The notes: generated from the sequence alone by a model not told the origin. 64,000 bases of DNA from an uncultured Bacteroidales bacterium (GCA_963838215.1 CAWIQG010000005.1:83310-147309), one strand, 5' to 3'; positions 22,081 to 32,005 are shown, counted from the stretch's first letter. Translations and numbers: made by a program.

Positions 22081-23310
22081 TTAATTCTCTTCAACCTGAA
22101 TATTTTCGATCCAGTTGGCAGACATAAGACCCATACGCACAGCAAGATCGATGGTTCTGAGGGCTCTTGCCACAACCGGAGGATCAATCATTTTTGTTCC
22201 CAGTGACACCACTCCAAGACCTTCACGCCTCGCTGCTTCAAATGCCATTACAATCTTTTTCGATTTTTCAATTTCAGTTTCATTAGGTGCAAAACCCTGT
22301 CGTATTACCTTAATCTGCCTGGGATGAATACACCCCATACCTTCAAAACCTAAAGCTTTTGATTCCAGAACAGTCATCTTAAGCGCATCCATATCCCCAA
22401 CATCTGAGAAAACCGAATCTATAGGCTGAATACCTGCTGCTTTGGCTGCTACCACAAGTCTTGTTCTTGCATAAAACGATTCATTACCCTCCGCAGTTCT
22501 TGCGACGCCCAGATCAGCAGTATAATCTTCCAGCCCGATTGCAATTGCAACAATATTTAATGACGACCGTGCAATCTCATAAGAATTTTCGATACCTGAT
22601 GCGCTTTCAATAACAGGCATCAGGAATACCTGATTATTCAGATGAAATTTTGTCTTTATTGCTCTGATCTCATCCTCAACATTTAATATATAGCCGGCAC
22701 TCTCGCATTTAGGAACAATAATAAGATTCACGTTATGAGGAATTATAAAATGAAGATCTTCAAGTCCCCTTTCTCCCTGATTTATCCTGACCATCCTTTC
22801 AGCACCGTAGAAATCAATCTGACGTAAAGCATTTCGGACCAGGATCCTTGCTTCATCTTTTTTTTCAGGTGCTACGGAATCCTCAAGATCAAGAATAATT
22901 CCATCAGCCGAATGCAATCCGGCATTGATCATCAGACCCGGCGAATTACCAGGTACATATAGTCGTGAAAAACGGAATCTGTCACGGGTTGTGGAATAAT
23001 CATTATCCTTAATGAACGCAGGCAGATAATCAAGATCTGTATCAATCAATTGTTTAACTGTAGATTCCATACGGGCTGCAATTACAAATGGAAGAGCTCC
23101 TGAATCATTGATTTTTACCAGAGCGTTTTTTACTCCATAGTATTCCAGTATTCCAGAAATAAGGCTCTTAATTGATTCGCCATAGAGTGCTTTGACTTTA
23201 GAAACCAAATCAATAGAAATTCCCCCATCTGACTTTAGTTCAAGAGATATTTCGCAATCTGATCTGACCTTTGGCCCTGAATTACCGGCAACTGCTATTG
23301 AATTTTTCAT
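22081..23310 (-). CDS. citDE: Fused citrate lyase acyl-carrier (gamma, CitD) and citryl-CoA lyase (beta, CitE) subunits
   Basis: 409 aa. The N-terminal ~95 aa resembles CitD (AVAGNSGPKVRSDCEISL...INDSGALPFVIAARME). The remainder is HpcH/CitE-like (RSRLYVPGNSPGLMINAG...IILDLEDSVAPEKKDEAR). Confidence 0.75.
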   Translation of the reverse strand: MKNSIAVAGNSGPKVRSDCEISLELKSDGGISIDLVSKVKALYGESIKSLISGILEYYGVKNALVKINDSGALPFVIAARMESTVKQLIDTDLDYLPAFIKDNDYSTTRDRFRFSRLYVPGNSPGLMINAGLHSADGIILDLEDSVAPEKKDEARILVRNALRQIDFYGAERMVRINQGERGLEDLHFIIPHNVNLIIVPKCESAGYILNVEDEIRAIKTKFHLNNQVFLMPVIESASGIENSYEIARSSLNIVAIAIGLEDYTADLGVARTAEGNESFYARTRLVVAAKAAGIQPIDSVFSDVGDMDALKMTVLESKALGFEGMGCIHPRQIKVIRQGFAPNETEIEKSKKIVMAFEAARREGLGVVSLGTKMIDPPVVARALRTIDLAVRMGLMSANWIENIQVEEN

Positions 23311-23394
23311 TTTGCCTTCTGATATTAATTCTGTACAAACCTACTGATTTTTTCAAACATGAACCTTAAAAGGCAATCAAGTGATCCAATTCAG

Positions 23395-23814
23395 TTACCT
23401 GACCTGACTTTTTTTGTTTTCACATATCTCAATAAGTACACCTGAAGTTGATTTAGGATGGAGAAACGCAATATCAAGGCCCTCAGCACCTTTCCTTGGA
23501 ATACTATCAATCAGTTTTATACCCATTTTTTCTGCACGAAATAATTGCTCTTCAATTTTTTCCACAGCAAAAGCAATGTGATGAATTCCTTCACCCCTTT
23601 TCTCAATGAATTTCCCAATAGGACCTTCAGGGTCAGTTGATTCGAGCAATTCGATCTTTGTTTGTCCGACCATAAAGAATGCAGTCCGCACCTTTTGTTC
23701 AGTCACCTCTTCAATATTATAGCATTTCAGACCAATAACATTTTCATAAAAATCAATTGCAACTTCAAGGTCACTGACAGCTATTCCAATATGTTCAATA
23801 TGTGATGGTTTCAT
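23395..23814 (-). CDS. mce: Methylmalonyl-CoA epimerase (VOC/glyoxalase fold)
   Basis: 139 aa. IEHIGIAVSDLEVAIDFY...GEGIHHIAFAV...FLHPKSTSGVLIE is the typical epimerase pattern. Confidence 0.8.
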   Translation of the reverse strand: MKPSHIEHIGIAVSDLEVAIDFYENVIGLKCYNIEEVTEQKVRTAFFMVGQTKIELLESTDPEGPIGKFIEKRGEGIHHIAFAVEKIEEQLFRAEKMGIKLIDSIPRKGAEGLDIAFLHPKSTSGVLIEICENKKSQVR

Positions 23815-23862
23815 CAGTTATCAATATATGTAAAAAAATTAAAATTTAAATGATCAATCCTG

Positions 23863-25422
23863 TTAAAATGGGAACTCAACCGGAGTTTTTATTCCAGACT
23901 CCACATTTTCAGGTTTTTTTGCTGCAACATGGATGGCATTTCCGTCAACAAATATTGCTTTATAGGGAGCAGCAGGGCAGGCAAATTCACAATGGCCGCA
24001 TCCTATGCAGATTTCCTCCGTAACCTCAGGAATTACAAGGTTCTTTTCATAAGGAATCATCTGACAGGCTTTTGTGGGACAACTTTCGGAGCAAGCCCCG
24101 CAGGCAGTTTTCTCTGTCTTTACTATGCAGTTATCTTTAATAAATTTTGCTTTCCCAATCTGGGTAAGTTTTTTGGCCTCAAGCACCAGAGGGTGTAAAG
24201 CATTAGTCGGACAGATCTCAGTACAAACGTTACAATTATATGTACAGAAACTCTTATGATAATCCATTACCGGTTGCATAATACCTGTAATACCATACTG
24301 CTTAAAAGCTGGCTGCAGAACGCCGTTTGGACATGCGTTAATACACAACGAACAAGCTATACAGTTCCTGTTAAAATCTTCAATCTTTAATCCACCAGGA
24401 GGGCATACAGGGGAAGTCCTGTTTTCTTTTACTGTCGAATCTTTCTTAGGTTTGGGAACAGTTTTATTCTGCCCGTTTGAAATTCGCGATAATCCAAGTA
24501 ATAGCAGGATAGACCCTACAATGATCTTGCGTTTGTTCTCATCAGTCTCATGAACCTTTCTTTTCAATTTCACAATTCCATACGAAAGAGCTTTGTCCTG
24601 ACAAGTATTTATACAATTAAAACAGTCGACACAACGGGTAATATCAATGTCGTACTTAAGAAAGTCTATGCATGACGATTTACAACCCAGGGAGCATCTC
24701 CCGCATCTCGTGCAGGCAGTTTCATCAAATTTTATTCTGAAAAGCGATACTTTGGAAAGAAGGCCGAGAAACGTTCCTACCGGACATATCATGTTGCAAT
24801 ATAACCGGCCTTTTGTAAAGGACAGCGTTCCTACAAGAATAAAAAAAGCTGCAGGAATGGAATATACGATTAACTGGAATTTTTTAAGAGGAATATTACT
24901 AAGAGTATATACATCAAATTTACCCAGTATCCTGGCAAGAAGATTATTCGCAAGAATTACAACTGGCTTTGCAAAATAGGTCATGAACCTGCCAAAAACA
25001 CTGTAGGGATCAAGCAGGGTAATCATATATATACCCCAGATTAAAGTAACAATAAGGGTTGCAGCAAGAAGTGAGTATCTTAATATAGTGAATGGTTTTT
25101 TGAATCCATATCGTCTGAATTTTTTCTTAAAACGACCGCCGATCCTGCTGAACAGATCCTGTCCGATTCCTAACGGACATAAAAATGAACAATATGTCCG
25201 GCCCGTAAGAAAAGTCAATATCAGAACGATAATGAACCCGCTGGCAGCCAAAATTTGAACATCAAGAAACGTTAATACAGAGGGTATAAACTGGAAAAAC
25301 AACAAAATATTAATATAGTTTGACGGAACTACATACCTGAAATCGATAAAGACCAGTATAAAACAGATAAGAATAAGTGTTGAAAATACGATTCGGATTC
25401 TTCTTAGTAAAGGTGACCTCAT
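23863..25422 (-). CDS. Membrane-bound polyferredoxin (NapH/MauN-like 4Fe-4S protein)
   Basis: 519 aa. The N-terminal multi-TM region carries CSFLCPLG and CNMICPVG. It has several CxxCxxCxxxCP clusters (CTRCGRCSLGC, CIACSLCINACP, CNVCTEICP, CGACSESCP, CIGCGHCEFACP). Confidence 0.8.
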   Translation of the reverse strand: MRSPLLRRIRIVFSTLILICFILVFIDFRYVVPSNYINILLFFQFIPSVLTFLDVQILAASGFIIVLILTFLTGRTYCSFLCPLGIGQDLFSRIGGRFKKKFRRYGFKKPFTILRYSLLAATLIVTLIWGIYMITLLDPYSVFGRFMTYFAKPVVILANNLLARILGKFDVYTLSNIPLKKFQLIVYSIPAAFFILVGTLSFTKGRLYCNMICPVGTFLGLLSKVSLFRIKFDETACTRCGRCSLGCKSSCIDFLKYDIDITRCVDCFNCINTCQDKALSYGIVKLKRKVHETDENKRKIIVGSILLLLGLSRISNGQNKTVPKPKKDSTVKENRTSPVCPPGGLKIEDFNRNCIACSLCINACPNGVLQPAFKQYGITGIMQPVMDYHKSFCTYNCNVCTEICPTNALHPLVLEAKKLTQIGKAKFIKDNCIVKTEKTACGACSESCPTKACQMIPYEKNLVIPEVTEEICIGCGHCEFACPAAPYKAIFVDGNAIHVAAKKPENVESGIKTPVEFPF

Positions 25423-25428
25423 CAGGAT

Positions 25429-26349
25429 TTACATTTTAATTCTTTGAATTTTCAGAGAATCCAGATTCATGTTCCCTAAACCCATTTTATGTGCAATCGG
25501 AATATATTCGATTTTTTCAATATCTACACCCAGCATTTTTGCTGCTGCAGCGTCGCCAGCTACCCAATCAGTGGTAAGGATTTGAGATTTCATCGCAACA
25601 ATATCTTCTTTTGAAACTCCCTGCGGACCATGTTTAACCATAACATTATAGCAATCGATAATATTGAGTGCTGGCTTCTTTTCATATAATGCATAGTCGG
25701 CTATGCACTGGTTAAGGTCGTTCGAGTGCCAGTAACCCCTGTCCCACACTATACCCATTGTGTTTTTAAGGCAACATGTCATTCGGGTGGAATTATGATC
25801 TTTTAAAACCGGAACATTTATAAAAACATCAGTTTCGAGCAACAGCTGATGCACCTTAGCGCTTTTAAGTTTAATGCCACCCGGAATTTCAATCTGATGA
25901 TAATAGCTTTCTGAATTGGCAGGAACAATTTTAGCACCGGCTGCTTTGGCCATCTTCTCAATTCCGGAGTTTTTATAACAATTTACCCAGTTATCGCAAG
26001 TATGATCAAATACATAAACTTCTTTTGCCCCAGCTTTAAAACAGTGTTCTATAATTCTTTTTACCAGCAGCGGATTCGTATTAGCTGCCAGGTCAGGAAT
26101 GACATCCCAGCCTATATTAGGTTTAATGAGGACTTTCTGTCCTTTCTGAACAAAAGTACCCATTCCTCCAAGCTCCTGTATTCCAAGATCGAACATTGCA
26201 TCAGGATTTCCACCCATTACTGCAACCAAATCGTATTTTGTCGCTGCGTGCGTTGATGTCCAAAGTTTTCTGTACCCACCCAGGCTAAAGGCTGCTCCTG
26301 CTGCCAGGCCTGCGCCAACTGATGTTTTAAGAAAATCCCTTCTTTTCAT
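25429..26349 (-). CDS. Tat-signal DUF362-family protein
   Basis: 306 aa. Twin-arginine leader MKRRDFLKTSVGAGLAAGAA. DUF362-like core (GQKVLIKPNIGWD...VKRIIEHCFKAGAKEVYVFD). 6-nt gap to the polyferredoxin gene. Confidence 0.65.
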   Translation of the reverse strand: MKRRDFLKTSVGAGLAAGAAFSLGGYRKLWTSTHAATKYDLVAVMGGNPDAMFDLGIQELGGMGTFVQKGQKVLIKPNIGWDVIPDLAANTNPLLVKRIIEHCFKAGAKEVYVFDHTCDNWVNCYKNSGIEKMAKAAGAKIVPANSESYYHQIEIPGGIKLKSAKVHQLLLETDVFINVPVLKDHNSTRMTCCLKNTMGIVWDRGYWHSNDLNQCIADYALYEKKPALNIIDCYNVMVKHGPQGVSKEDIVAMKSQILTTDWVAGDAAAAKMLGVDIEKIEYIPIAHKMGLGNMNLDSLKIQRIKM

Positions 26350-26540
26350 ATTCCTAATAAACTGGTTAATTCAAACAAATAATGGATAAGAGCCGAAAAA
26401 TACAATTTTTTTTTATTATTCCGTAAAGATTGTAAATAGTATATTAGCAATGTAAAAATGCTTGCACTAGTTTAATTGAAATATTACAACATTATTCTTT
26501 TTTATTTGTTGGTATTTAACATAATCACATCATTTTTGAT

Positions 26541-27719
26541 ATGAAAATAATCTCTTACGATTGTTTCTCAGGTATTAGCGGAGATATGAATCTTGGTGCA
26601 ATGATTGATCTTGGCATTGACAAGTCATACCTTATCGGGGAACTAAATAAGCTCAACCTTCAAGGATGGGAACTTATTGCTCAAAAAGACCAGCGACATG
26701 GCATTACAGGCACAAAAGTCACTATCAGGCAGACAAAACATGAGCATGTACACAGGCACTTCTCAGACATTGAAAGAATAATAAATGATTCAAGTCTTAA
26801 CAAAAAAACGAAGGAATTAAGCCTGAAAATATTTTTAAAGATTGCGATGGCTGAATCGTTTGTTCATGGAATTCCTGTCGACGAGGTCCATTTTCATGAA
26901 GTTGGTGCGATTGATTCAATTATTGATGTAGTAGGCGCAGCAATTTGTTATAATGCATTAAAAGTTGATGGGGTGCATGTCTCAACAGTAGAACTTGGGA
27001 GCGGTTTCGTGATGTGCGATCATGGGAACCTACCTGTTCCGGCACCTGCAACCGCAGAGATCATTAAGGGTATTCCGGTTAAAAAAGGGGGAGTTGACTT
27101 TGAGGCAACTACACCTACGGGAGCAGCAATACTGGCTGCCTTGGTAACAGATTCCGGGTCCGATCTGCATATTAAAATTGAAAAAACAGCGTATGGAGTA
27201 GGACAAAAAGAACATCCAAATGTTCCAAACCTTCTGAGAGTATTCCTGGGAGAGCCAATAACGGGTTCAGAATCGGGTCATAATGCACTTCATATTGAAT
27301 GTAACATTGATGATATGAATCCTGAGTTCTTTGAGTACATCTCCGACAGGCTCTTTAAGGCCGGCGCATCTGATGTTTTCCTTTCAAATATAATAATGAA
27401 AAAAGGGAGACCAGGAGTTATGCTCAACGTTTTATGTGAATCAGAATTGGCTGATAGTGTTAAGAATATCATTTTTACTGAATCAACATCACTGGGTATA
27501 AGGACATTCCCTTTCCTGAAAGACACACTTGTCAGAAAAATCGAAACTCTCAGTACTATTTTTGGCAATGTTACTGTTAAACGATCATTTTATAAAGAAA
27601 AAGAAGTTTCCTGCAAACCGGAGTATGATGAATGCAGACGAATAGCAGCAGAAAAAGGAATTCCTGTTAAAGAGGTTTACAATAATATAATGGCTTTATT
27701 GATTCAAAATAAAAAGTAA
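26541..27719 (+). CDS. larC: Nickel-pincer cofactor biosynthesis protein LarC (nickel insertion)
   Basis: 392 aa. N-terminal FSGISGDMNLGAMIDLG and HFHEVGAIDSIID motifs of the LarC/DUF111 family. Single uninterrupted ORF. Confidence 0.85.
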   Translation: MKIISYDCFSGISGDMNLGAMIDLGIDKSYLIGELNKLNLQGWELIAQKDQRHGITGTKVTIRQTKHEHVHRHFSDIERIINDSSLNKKTKELSLKIFLKIAMAESFVHGIPVDEVHFHEVGAIDSIIDVVGAAICYNALKVDGVHVSTVELGSGFVMCDHGNLPVPAPATAEIIKGIPVKKGGVDFEATTPTGAAILAALVTDSGSDLHIKIEKTAYGVGQKEHPNVPNLLRVFLGEPITGSESGHNALHIECNIDDMNPEFFEYISDRLFKAGASDVFLSNIIMKKGRPGVMLNVLCESELADSVKNIIFTESTSLGIRTFPFLKDTLVRKIETLSTIFGNVTVKRSFYKEKEVSCKPEYDECRRIAAEKGIPVKEVYNNIMALLIQNKK

Positions 27720-27733
27720 AGAAAAGACAGAAA

Positions 27734-28537
27734 ATGACTGAAACAAAATCGTTGAAACTCAATTCGATCCTGAAAGAACTTAGTTCATTCGCAGTTGCCT
27801 TCTCAGGGGGAGTTGACAGTTCTTTCCTTTTGCACAGGGCACACTCTTTAAAAAAATCCGGATTAATTGCTGTCACTATAAGGACACCGTATATTCCCTC
27901 TCATGAAATAGATGAAGCAATTGAATTTACAAAAACCTTTGGAATAAAACATAGAATTCTGGATATAGCTTTTCCGGAAATTATAAGACAAAACCCGATT
28001 GAAAGATGTTATTTATGTAAAAAAACACTTTTTACTGAATTGCTGAATTTTGCAAGGGAAAACGAATATAAATATGTAATCGACGGGACAAATGCTGACG
28101 ATTTAAGTGATTTCAGGCCAGGAATGAAAGCTTTAAAGGAAATGGGAATCAGAAGCCCTCTCCTGGAATCGGGGCTGACTAAAAAAGATATCAGGGAACT
28201 ATCAAGAAGTGAAGGTTTGGACATCTGGGATAAACCTGCCATGGCCTGCTTGCTTACAAGGATTCCGTATGATACTGCGGTTGACGAAGGAACGCTCAGA
28301 ATGATAGAACAGGCTGAGAATATGCTACTTGAAAAAGGTTATCCCGGAACAAGAGTAAGAACACATGGCGATGTTGCAAGAATTGAGTGCATTCCAGGCT
28401 TTATGGAAAAAATGATCCGTAATCCCGACAAAGAACATATTATAACCAATCTGAAAAAAATAGGATTCAGATATATATCTTTGGATCTTGAAGGTTACAG
28501 GACAGGAAGTTCAAACCCCGAAAAGAAAGAAGCATGA
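27734..28537 (+). CDS. larE: LarE, ATP-dependent sacrificial sulfur transferase (PP-loop)
   Basis: 267 aa. PP-loop AFSGGVDSS plus the CYLCK cysteine region. Lies between larC and larB. Confidence 0.85.
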   Translation: MTETKSLKLNSILKELSSFAVAFSGGVDSSFLLHRAHSLKKSGLIAVTIRTPYIPSHEIDEAIEFTKTFGIKHRILDIAFPEIIRQNPIERCYLCKKTLFTELLNFARENEYKYVIDGTNADDLSDFRPGMKALKEMGIRSPLLESGLTKKDIRELSRSEGLDIWDKPAMACLLTRIPYDTAVDEGTLRMIEQAENMLLEKGYPGTRVRTHGDVARIECIPGFMEKMIRNPDKEHIITNLKKIGFRYISLDLEGYRTGSSNPEKKEA

Positions 28538-29283
28538 ATGTAAAAGAAGTTGAAAAACTGCTGAAGAATGTCAAAAATGGAGAGACAAGTATAGAAGAAG
28601 CTTTGGATCTGCTTAAAAATTTTCCATATACTGACCTTGGTTATGCAAAAATTGATCATCACCGCGAAATGCGGACCGGATACCCTGAAATAATTTACTG
28701 TGCCGGTAAATCAGTAGAACAGGTGAAGGAAATTTTCAGGGTAATGTCAGAAAAGGAGAATAATGTTATTGGAACAAGGGCAAACATAGAGATGTACGAA
28801 GCCGTTAAGAGTATTGCACAGAATGCAACATATTATAATGTAGCCAGGATCATTTCCGTTCAGAAAAAAAAACCGGAAACTTCCAAAAATCTGATTGCTA
28901 TAATAACAGCCGGAACTTCTGATATACCTGTTGCAGAGGAAGCGGCAGTAACAGCAGAACTCCTTGGAAATAATGTCTTACGGATATATGATGCGGGTGT
29001 GGCAGGAATACACAGGCTGGTTGACAAACTACCTGAAATCAGGAGCTGCAGAGTCGTAATTGTTATAGCAGGCATGGAAGGCGCCCTAGCGAGTGTTGTG
29101 GGCGGACTGGTGGACAAACCTGTAATAGCTGTACCAACGAGTATCGGCTATGGTGCAAATTTCGGAGGTATCTCAGCTCTTCTTGCCATGCTAACCAGCT
29201 GTTCGACAGGAGTTACAGTAGTGAATATTGATAACGGGTTTGGAGCCGGTTTCTCTGCCAGCATGATTAACAGAATGGAGTGA
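28534..29283 (+). CDS. larB: LarB, pyridinium-3,5-biscarboxylic acid mononucleotide synthase (AIR-carboxylase-like)
   Basis: 249 aa. IITAGTSDIPVAEEA and GMEGALASVVGG motifs. 4-nt overlap with larE. Confidence 0.85.
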   Translation: MNVKEVEKLLKNVKNGETSIEEALDLLKNFPYTDLGYAKIDHHREMRTGYPEIIYCAGKSVEQVKEIFRVMSEKENNVIGTRANIEMYEAVKSIAQNATYYNVARIISVQKKKPETSKNLIAIITAGTSDIPVAEEAAVTAELLGNNVLRIYDAGVAGIHRLVDKLPEIRSCRVVIVIAGMEGALASVVGGLVDKPVIAVPTSIGYGANFGGISALLAMLTSCSTGVTVVNIDNGFGAGFSASMINRME

Positions 29284-29294
29284 TTATTTTTGCG

Positions 29295-29900
29295 ATGGCA
29301 GGAAAAATATTGGTCTCTACGGCATATTTGCCACCAGTTGAATACTTCTCCGTAATTTCAAAGGCTGATGAATTACTTGTTGAAAGAGAAGAAAATTACC
29401 TGAAACAGACTTACCGGAACAGATGTTATATTCTTTCAGCTCATGGGCCCCAGCTTCTGTCGGTGCCGATTTATCATGGCAGTTTGCATAAAACTCCAAT
29501 AAAAGATATCAGGATAGATTACTCCAAACGTTGGCAGCAGGTTCATATAAGGGCTATGACTGCTGGATATAACTCATCACCTTATTTCAAATATTATTTC
29601 GAGAACATTGAAAAGATTATTATAAAAAATCATGTTTTTCTTCTTGATCTGAACATGAATCTTAATGAGTCAATTCTTGAAACGCTTAAAATGAAAAAGA
29701 AAATTTCCTATACTGCATATTTTGAACCTGTCAGTGATATAGAAAATGATTTCAGATACAGAATCAACCCTAAAGAAGAATCTCATTTTGTTTTAAGAAA
29801 ATACTTCCAGGTCTTTAATCTAAACAAAGGTTTTTCTCCAGTTCTGAGTATAATTGATCTGATCTTTAATATGGGTCCGGAGGCAGTCAATTATTTATAA
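29295..29900 (+). CDS. WbqC-family protein
   Basis: YLPPVEYFS...ENYLKQTYRNRCYI...GPQLLSVPI is the WbqC-like signature. The ATG at 29295 is preferred. The track start (GTG at 29280, GTGA overlap with larB) is an alternative. Confidence 0.7.
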   Translation: MAGKILVSTAYLPPVEYFSVISKADELLVEREENYLKQTYRNRCYILSAHGPQLLSVPIYHGSLHKTPIKDIRIDYSKRWQQVHIRAMTAGYNSSPYFKYYFENIEKIIIKNHVFLLDLNMNLNESILETLKMKKKISYTAYFEPVSDIENDFRYRINPKEESHFVLRKYFQVFNLNKGFSPVLSIIDLIFNMGPEAVNYL

Positions 29901-30033
29901 TAAGAACTCTGACCACAACCTGAAATGAGTTACAAAGAAACCGGATTATTGAGACGATAATGAGATCTGTTTACCACCAAGTTACTTCATGTTGTTTTAC
30001 TCATTACCGGAACCTTATTAGAACATTCTTAAC

Positions 30034-32001
30034 CTAGTTCACAGGGATACATATTCTAAATCCAATTGCATCCCCTGTTGATCCACTAATATTTGTGTTA
30101 GATCTGAATTTATTCCTTAAAGATTCTTTTGAACAAGTGAAATCTCCACCTCTGATCACTTTGGTGCTTCCATTTTCAGGGCCTTTGGGATTTTTAAGAG
30201 GCGATCTTTTGTAATAAGCTTTATCATAGAAATCGCTGCACCATTCCCAAACATTGCCTGATAAATCATAGATTCCAAATGCATTTGGCTTTTTTGTTCC
30301 AACATTATTAAGCCTTCCTGAAGAATTTTCCTTATACCAGGCTATTTCATTAAGGTCATCTGAACCACTATAAATATATTTATCACTTCCTGAAGCAGAA
30401 TATTCCCATTCAGCTTCAGTTGGGAGCCTTCCAAAGAATGTTTTACAAAACATGTTTGCCCCATTCCACGTGACTCCCGTAACAGGTAAATTCTCAGAAT
30501 CAACTCCAATTTTGAAAATACCATTGTCATAAATGATATTTTTATTCTTTGATAAATCAATGACTGATATATTATTTATTATTCCTGAAGCCGAACAATC
30601 AAATGCGTTCAAAAAGATAACAAATAACTTGTTGGTAATTTCTGTTTTACCTAGTAGAAATGAGTTTAGGCTGACCTGATGCTGCGGTTTTTCATCATCA
30701 TTACCATTATCATCACCCATGCCGAAAGTTCCTGCAGGAATGGATACAAGGTTTGGAGTAATGTAATTACTGGAAAGCTTAAGAATACATTCTTTCATCA
30801 TTTGCTTTGATTCCTGCTTTTTGGGGTCCAAAGTGACTGCCTCAGTTAAATACTTATGTGCTGTAATGTAGTCGTTCCCATTAAAAGCTTCTTTAGCTTT
30901 AAGAAATAGTTGATTCGTCTCACCAGCTGAATTCTTATTTGAATAGATGAAAAAGTACCATCCTGCCGCAATTAACAATAATACTATACCAAGAATCAAA
31001 AATATACTGAGTTTATTCTTTTGTTTTTTGTTTGTAGGATTATTATTTTCAGATGTACGGGTTTTAATCTTCTTCCCCCGTTTTTCCTGCGCTGTACCGG
31101 AAATACCTGTCTCATGATCCTTCTGACCTTCTTCCTGAATTCTTCTACGATTTATTTCAGAAAGGGTTATTATCGAGTTGAGGACATCATAAATGATAGT
31201 TCCGTTCTGTGGTCTTTCGTCAATATTTTTTTTCAGAGTACTCAGAATAAGACTCTTTAATTCTTTAGAAACTTTTATATCATCGGGAATTGGTGGTGGA
31301 GGTTCATGAACTACTTTATAAAGTGTGGCTGTAGGATTATCGGAATAAAAAGGAACTCTTCCTGTCATTGCTTCATACATAACGACTCCAAAACTATAAA
31401 TATCACTTCTTCCATCTATCACTTCACCCCTTGCTTGTTCTGGACTCATAAATTCAGCTGTCCCAAGAATTGCTCCACTCAAAGTCATTGTCTTATCCTG
31501 ATGAAAAGCAATACCAAAATCCATTAGTACTGGTCTGTCATTTGAAGAAATAAAAATATTTGAACTTTTTATGTCTCTGTGGATAAGTCCATTTTGGTGA
31601 AGGTGATTCAAAGCATCTGCAATCGGAGCCATATATTTGACTATTTTAAGCTCATCCAGCCGACCCTCCTGCCTTATTATTTCTGATAAATTTTTCCCCT
31701 GAAGATATTCCATTGATATATAATGCAATCCATCTTCTGTTCCAAAATCATGTATTGTTACAATATTTGGATGTGAGAGTGTTGCTAAATCTCTTGCTTC
31801 CCTATAAAACCTGGATATAGATTCATTATCATTTACCAGATTCGGGTGAATAATCTTCAGTGCAATTTCCCTTCCCAGATTAATCTGGGTTGCCTTATAA
31901 ACTGTCGCCATACCTCCAGCACCAATTCTCTTGGTAATCTCAAATTTTCCTCCTAAGATTTTTCCAATTAACGGGTCGTTTTCTAAATGATTATCAAGCA
32001 T
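30034..32001 (-). CDS. Transmembrane Hanks-type Ser/Thr protein kinase with extracytoplasmic FGE-sulfatase (SUMF1-like) domain
   Basis: 655 aa. Kinase motifs GAGGMATVY, ALKI, HRDIKSSNIF, DFGIA and SPEQ lie in aa 1-285. A Lys/Arg-rich linker follows, then TM LSIFLILGIVLLLIAAGWYFFIY. The C-terminal FGE-type domain reads IPAGTFGMGDD...KPQHQV...VTGVTWNGA...LPTEAEWEY...GNVWEWCSD...RGG...GFRI. Confidence 0.88.
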   Translation of the reverse strand: MLDNHLENDPLIGKILGGKFEITKRIGAGGMATVYKATQINLGREIALKIIHPNLVNDNESISRFYREARDLATLSHPNIVTIHDFGTEDGLHYISMEYLQGKNLSEIIRQEGRLDELKIVKYMAPIADALNHLHQNGLIHRDIKSSNIFISSNDRPVLMDFGIAFHQDKTMTLSGAILGTAEFMSPEQARGEVIDGRSDIYSFGVVMYEAMTGRVPFYSDNPTATLYKVVHEPPPPIPDDIKVSKELKSLILSTLKKNIDERPQNGTIIYDVLNSIITLSEINRRRIQEEGQKDHETGISGTAQEKRGKKIKTRTSENNNPTNKKQKNKLSIFLILGIVLLLIAAGWYFFIYSNKNSAGETNQLFLKAKEAFNGNDYITAHKYLTEAVTLDPKKQESKQMMKECILKLSSNYITPNLVSIPAGTFGMGDDNGNDDEKPQHQVSLNSFLLGKTEITNKLFVIFLNAFDCSASGIINNISVIDLSKNKNIIYDNGIFKIGVDSENLPVTGVTWNGANMFCKTFFGRLPTEAEWEYSASGSDKYIYSGSDDLNEIAWYKENSSGRLNNVGTKKPNAFGIYDLSGNVWEWCSDFYDKAYYKRSPLKNPKGPENGSTKVIRGGDFTCSKESLRNKFRSNTNISGSTGDAIGFRICIPVN

Positions 32002-32005
32002 GGTT

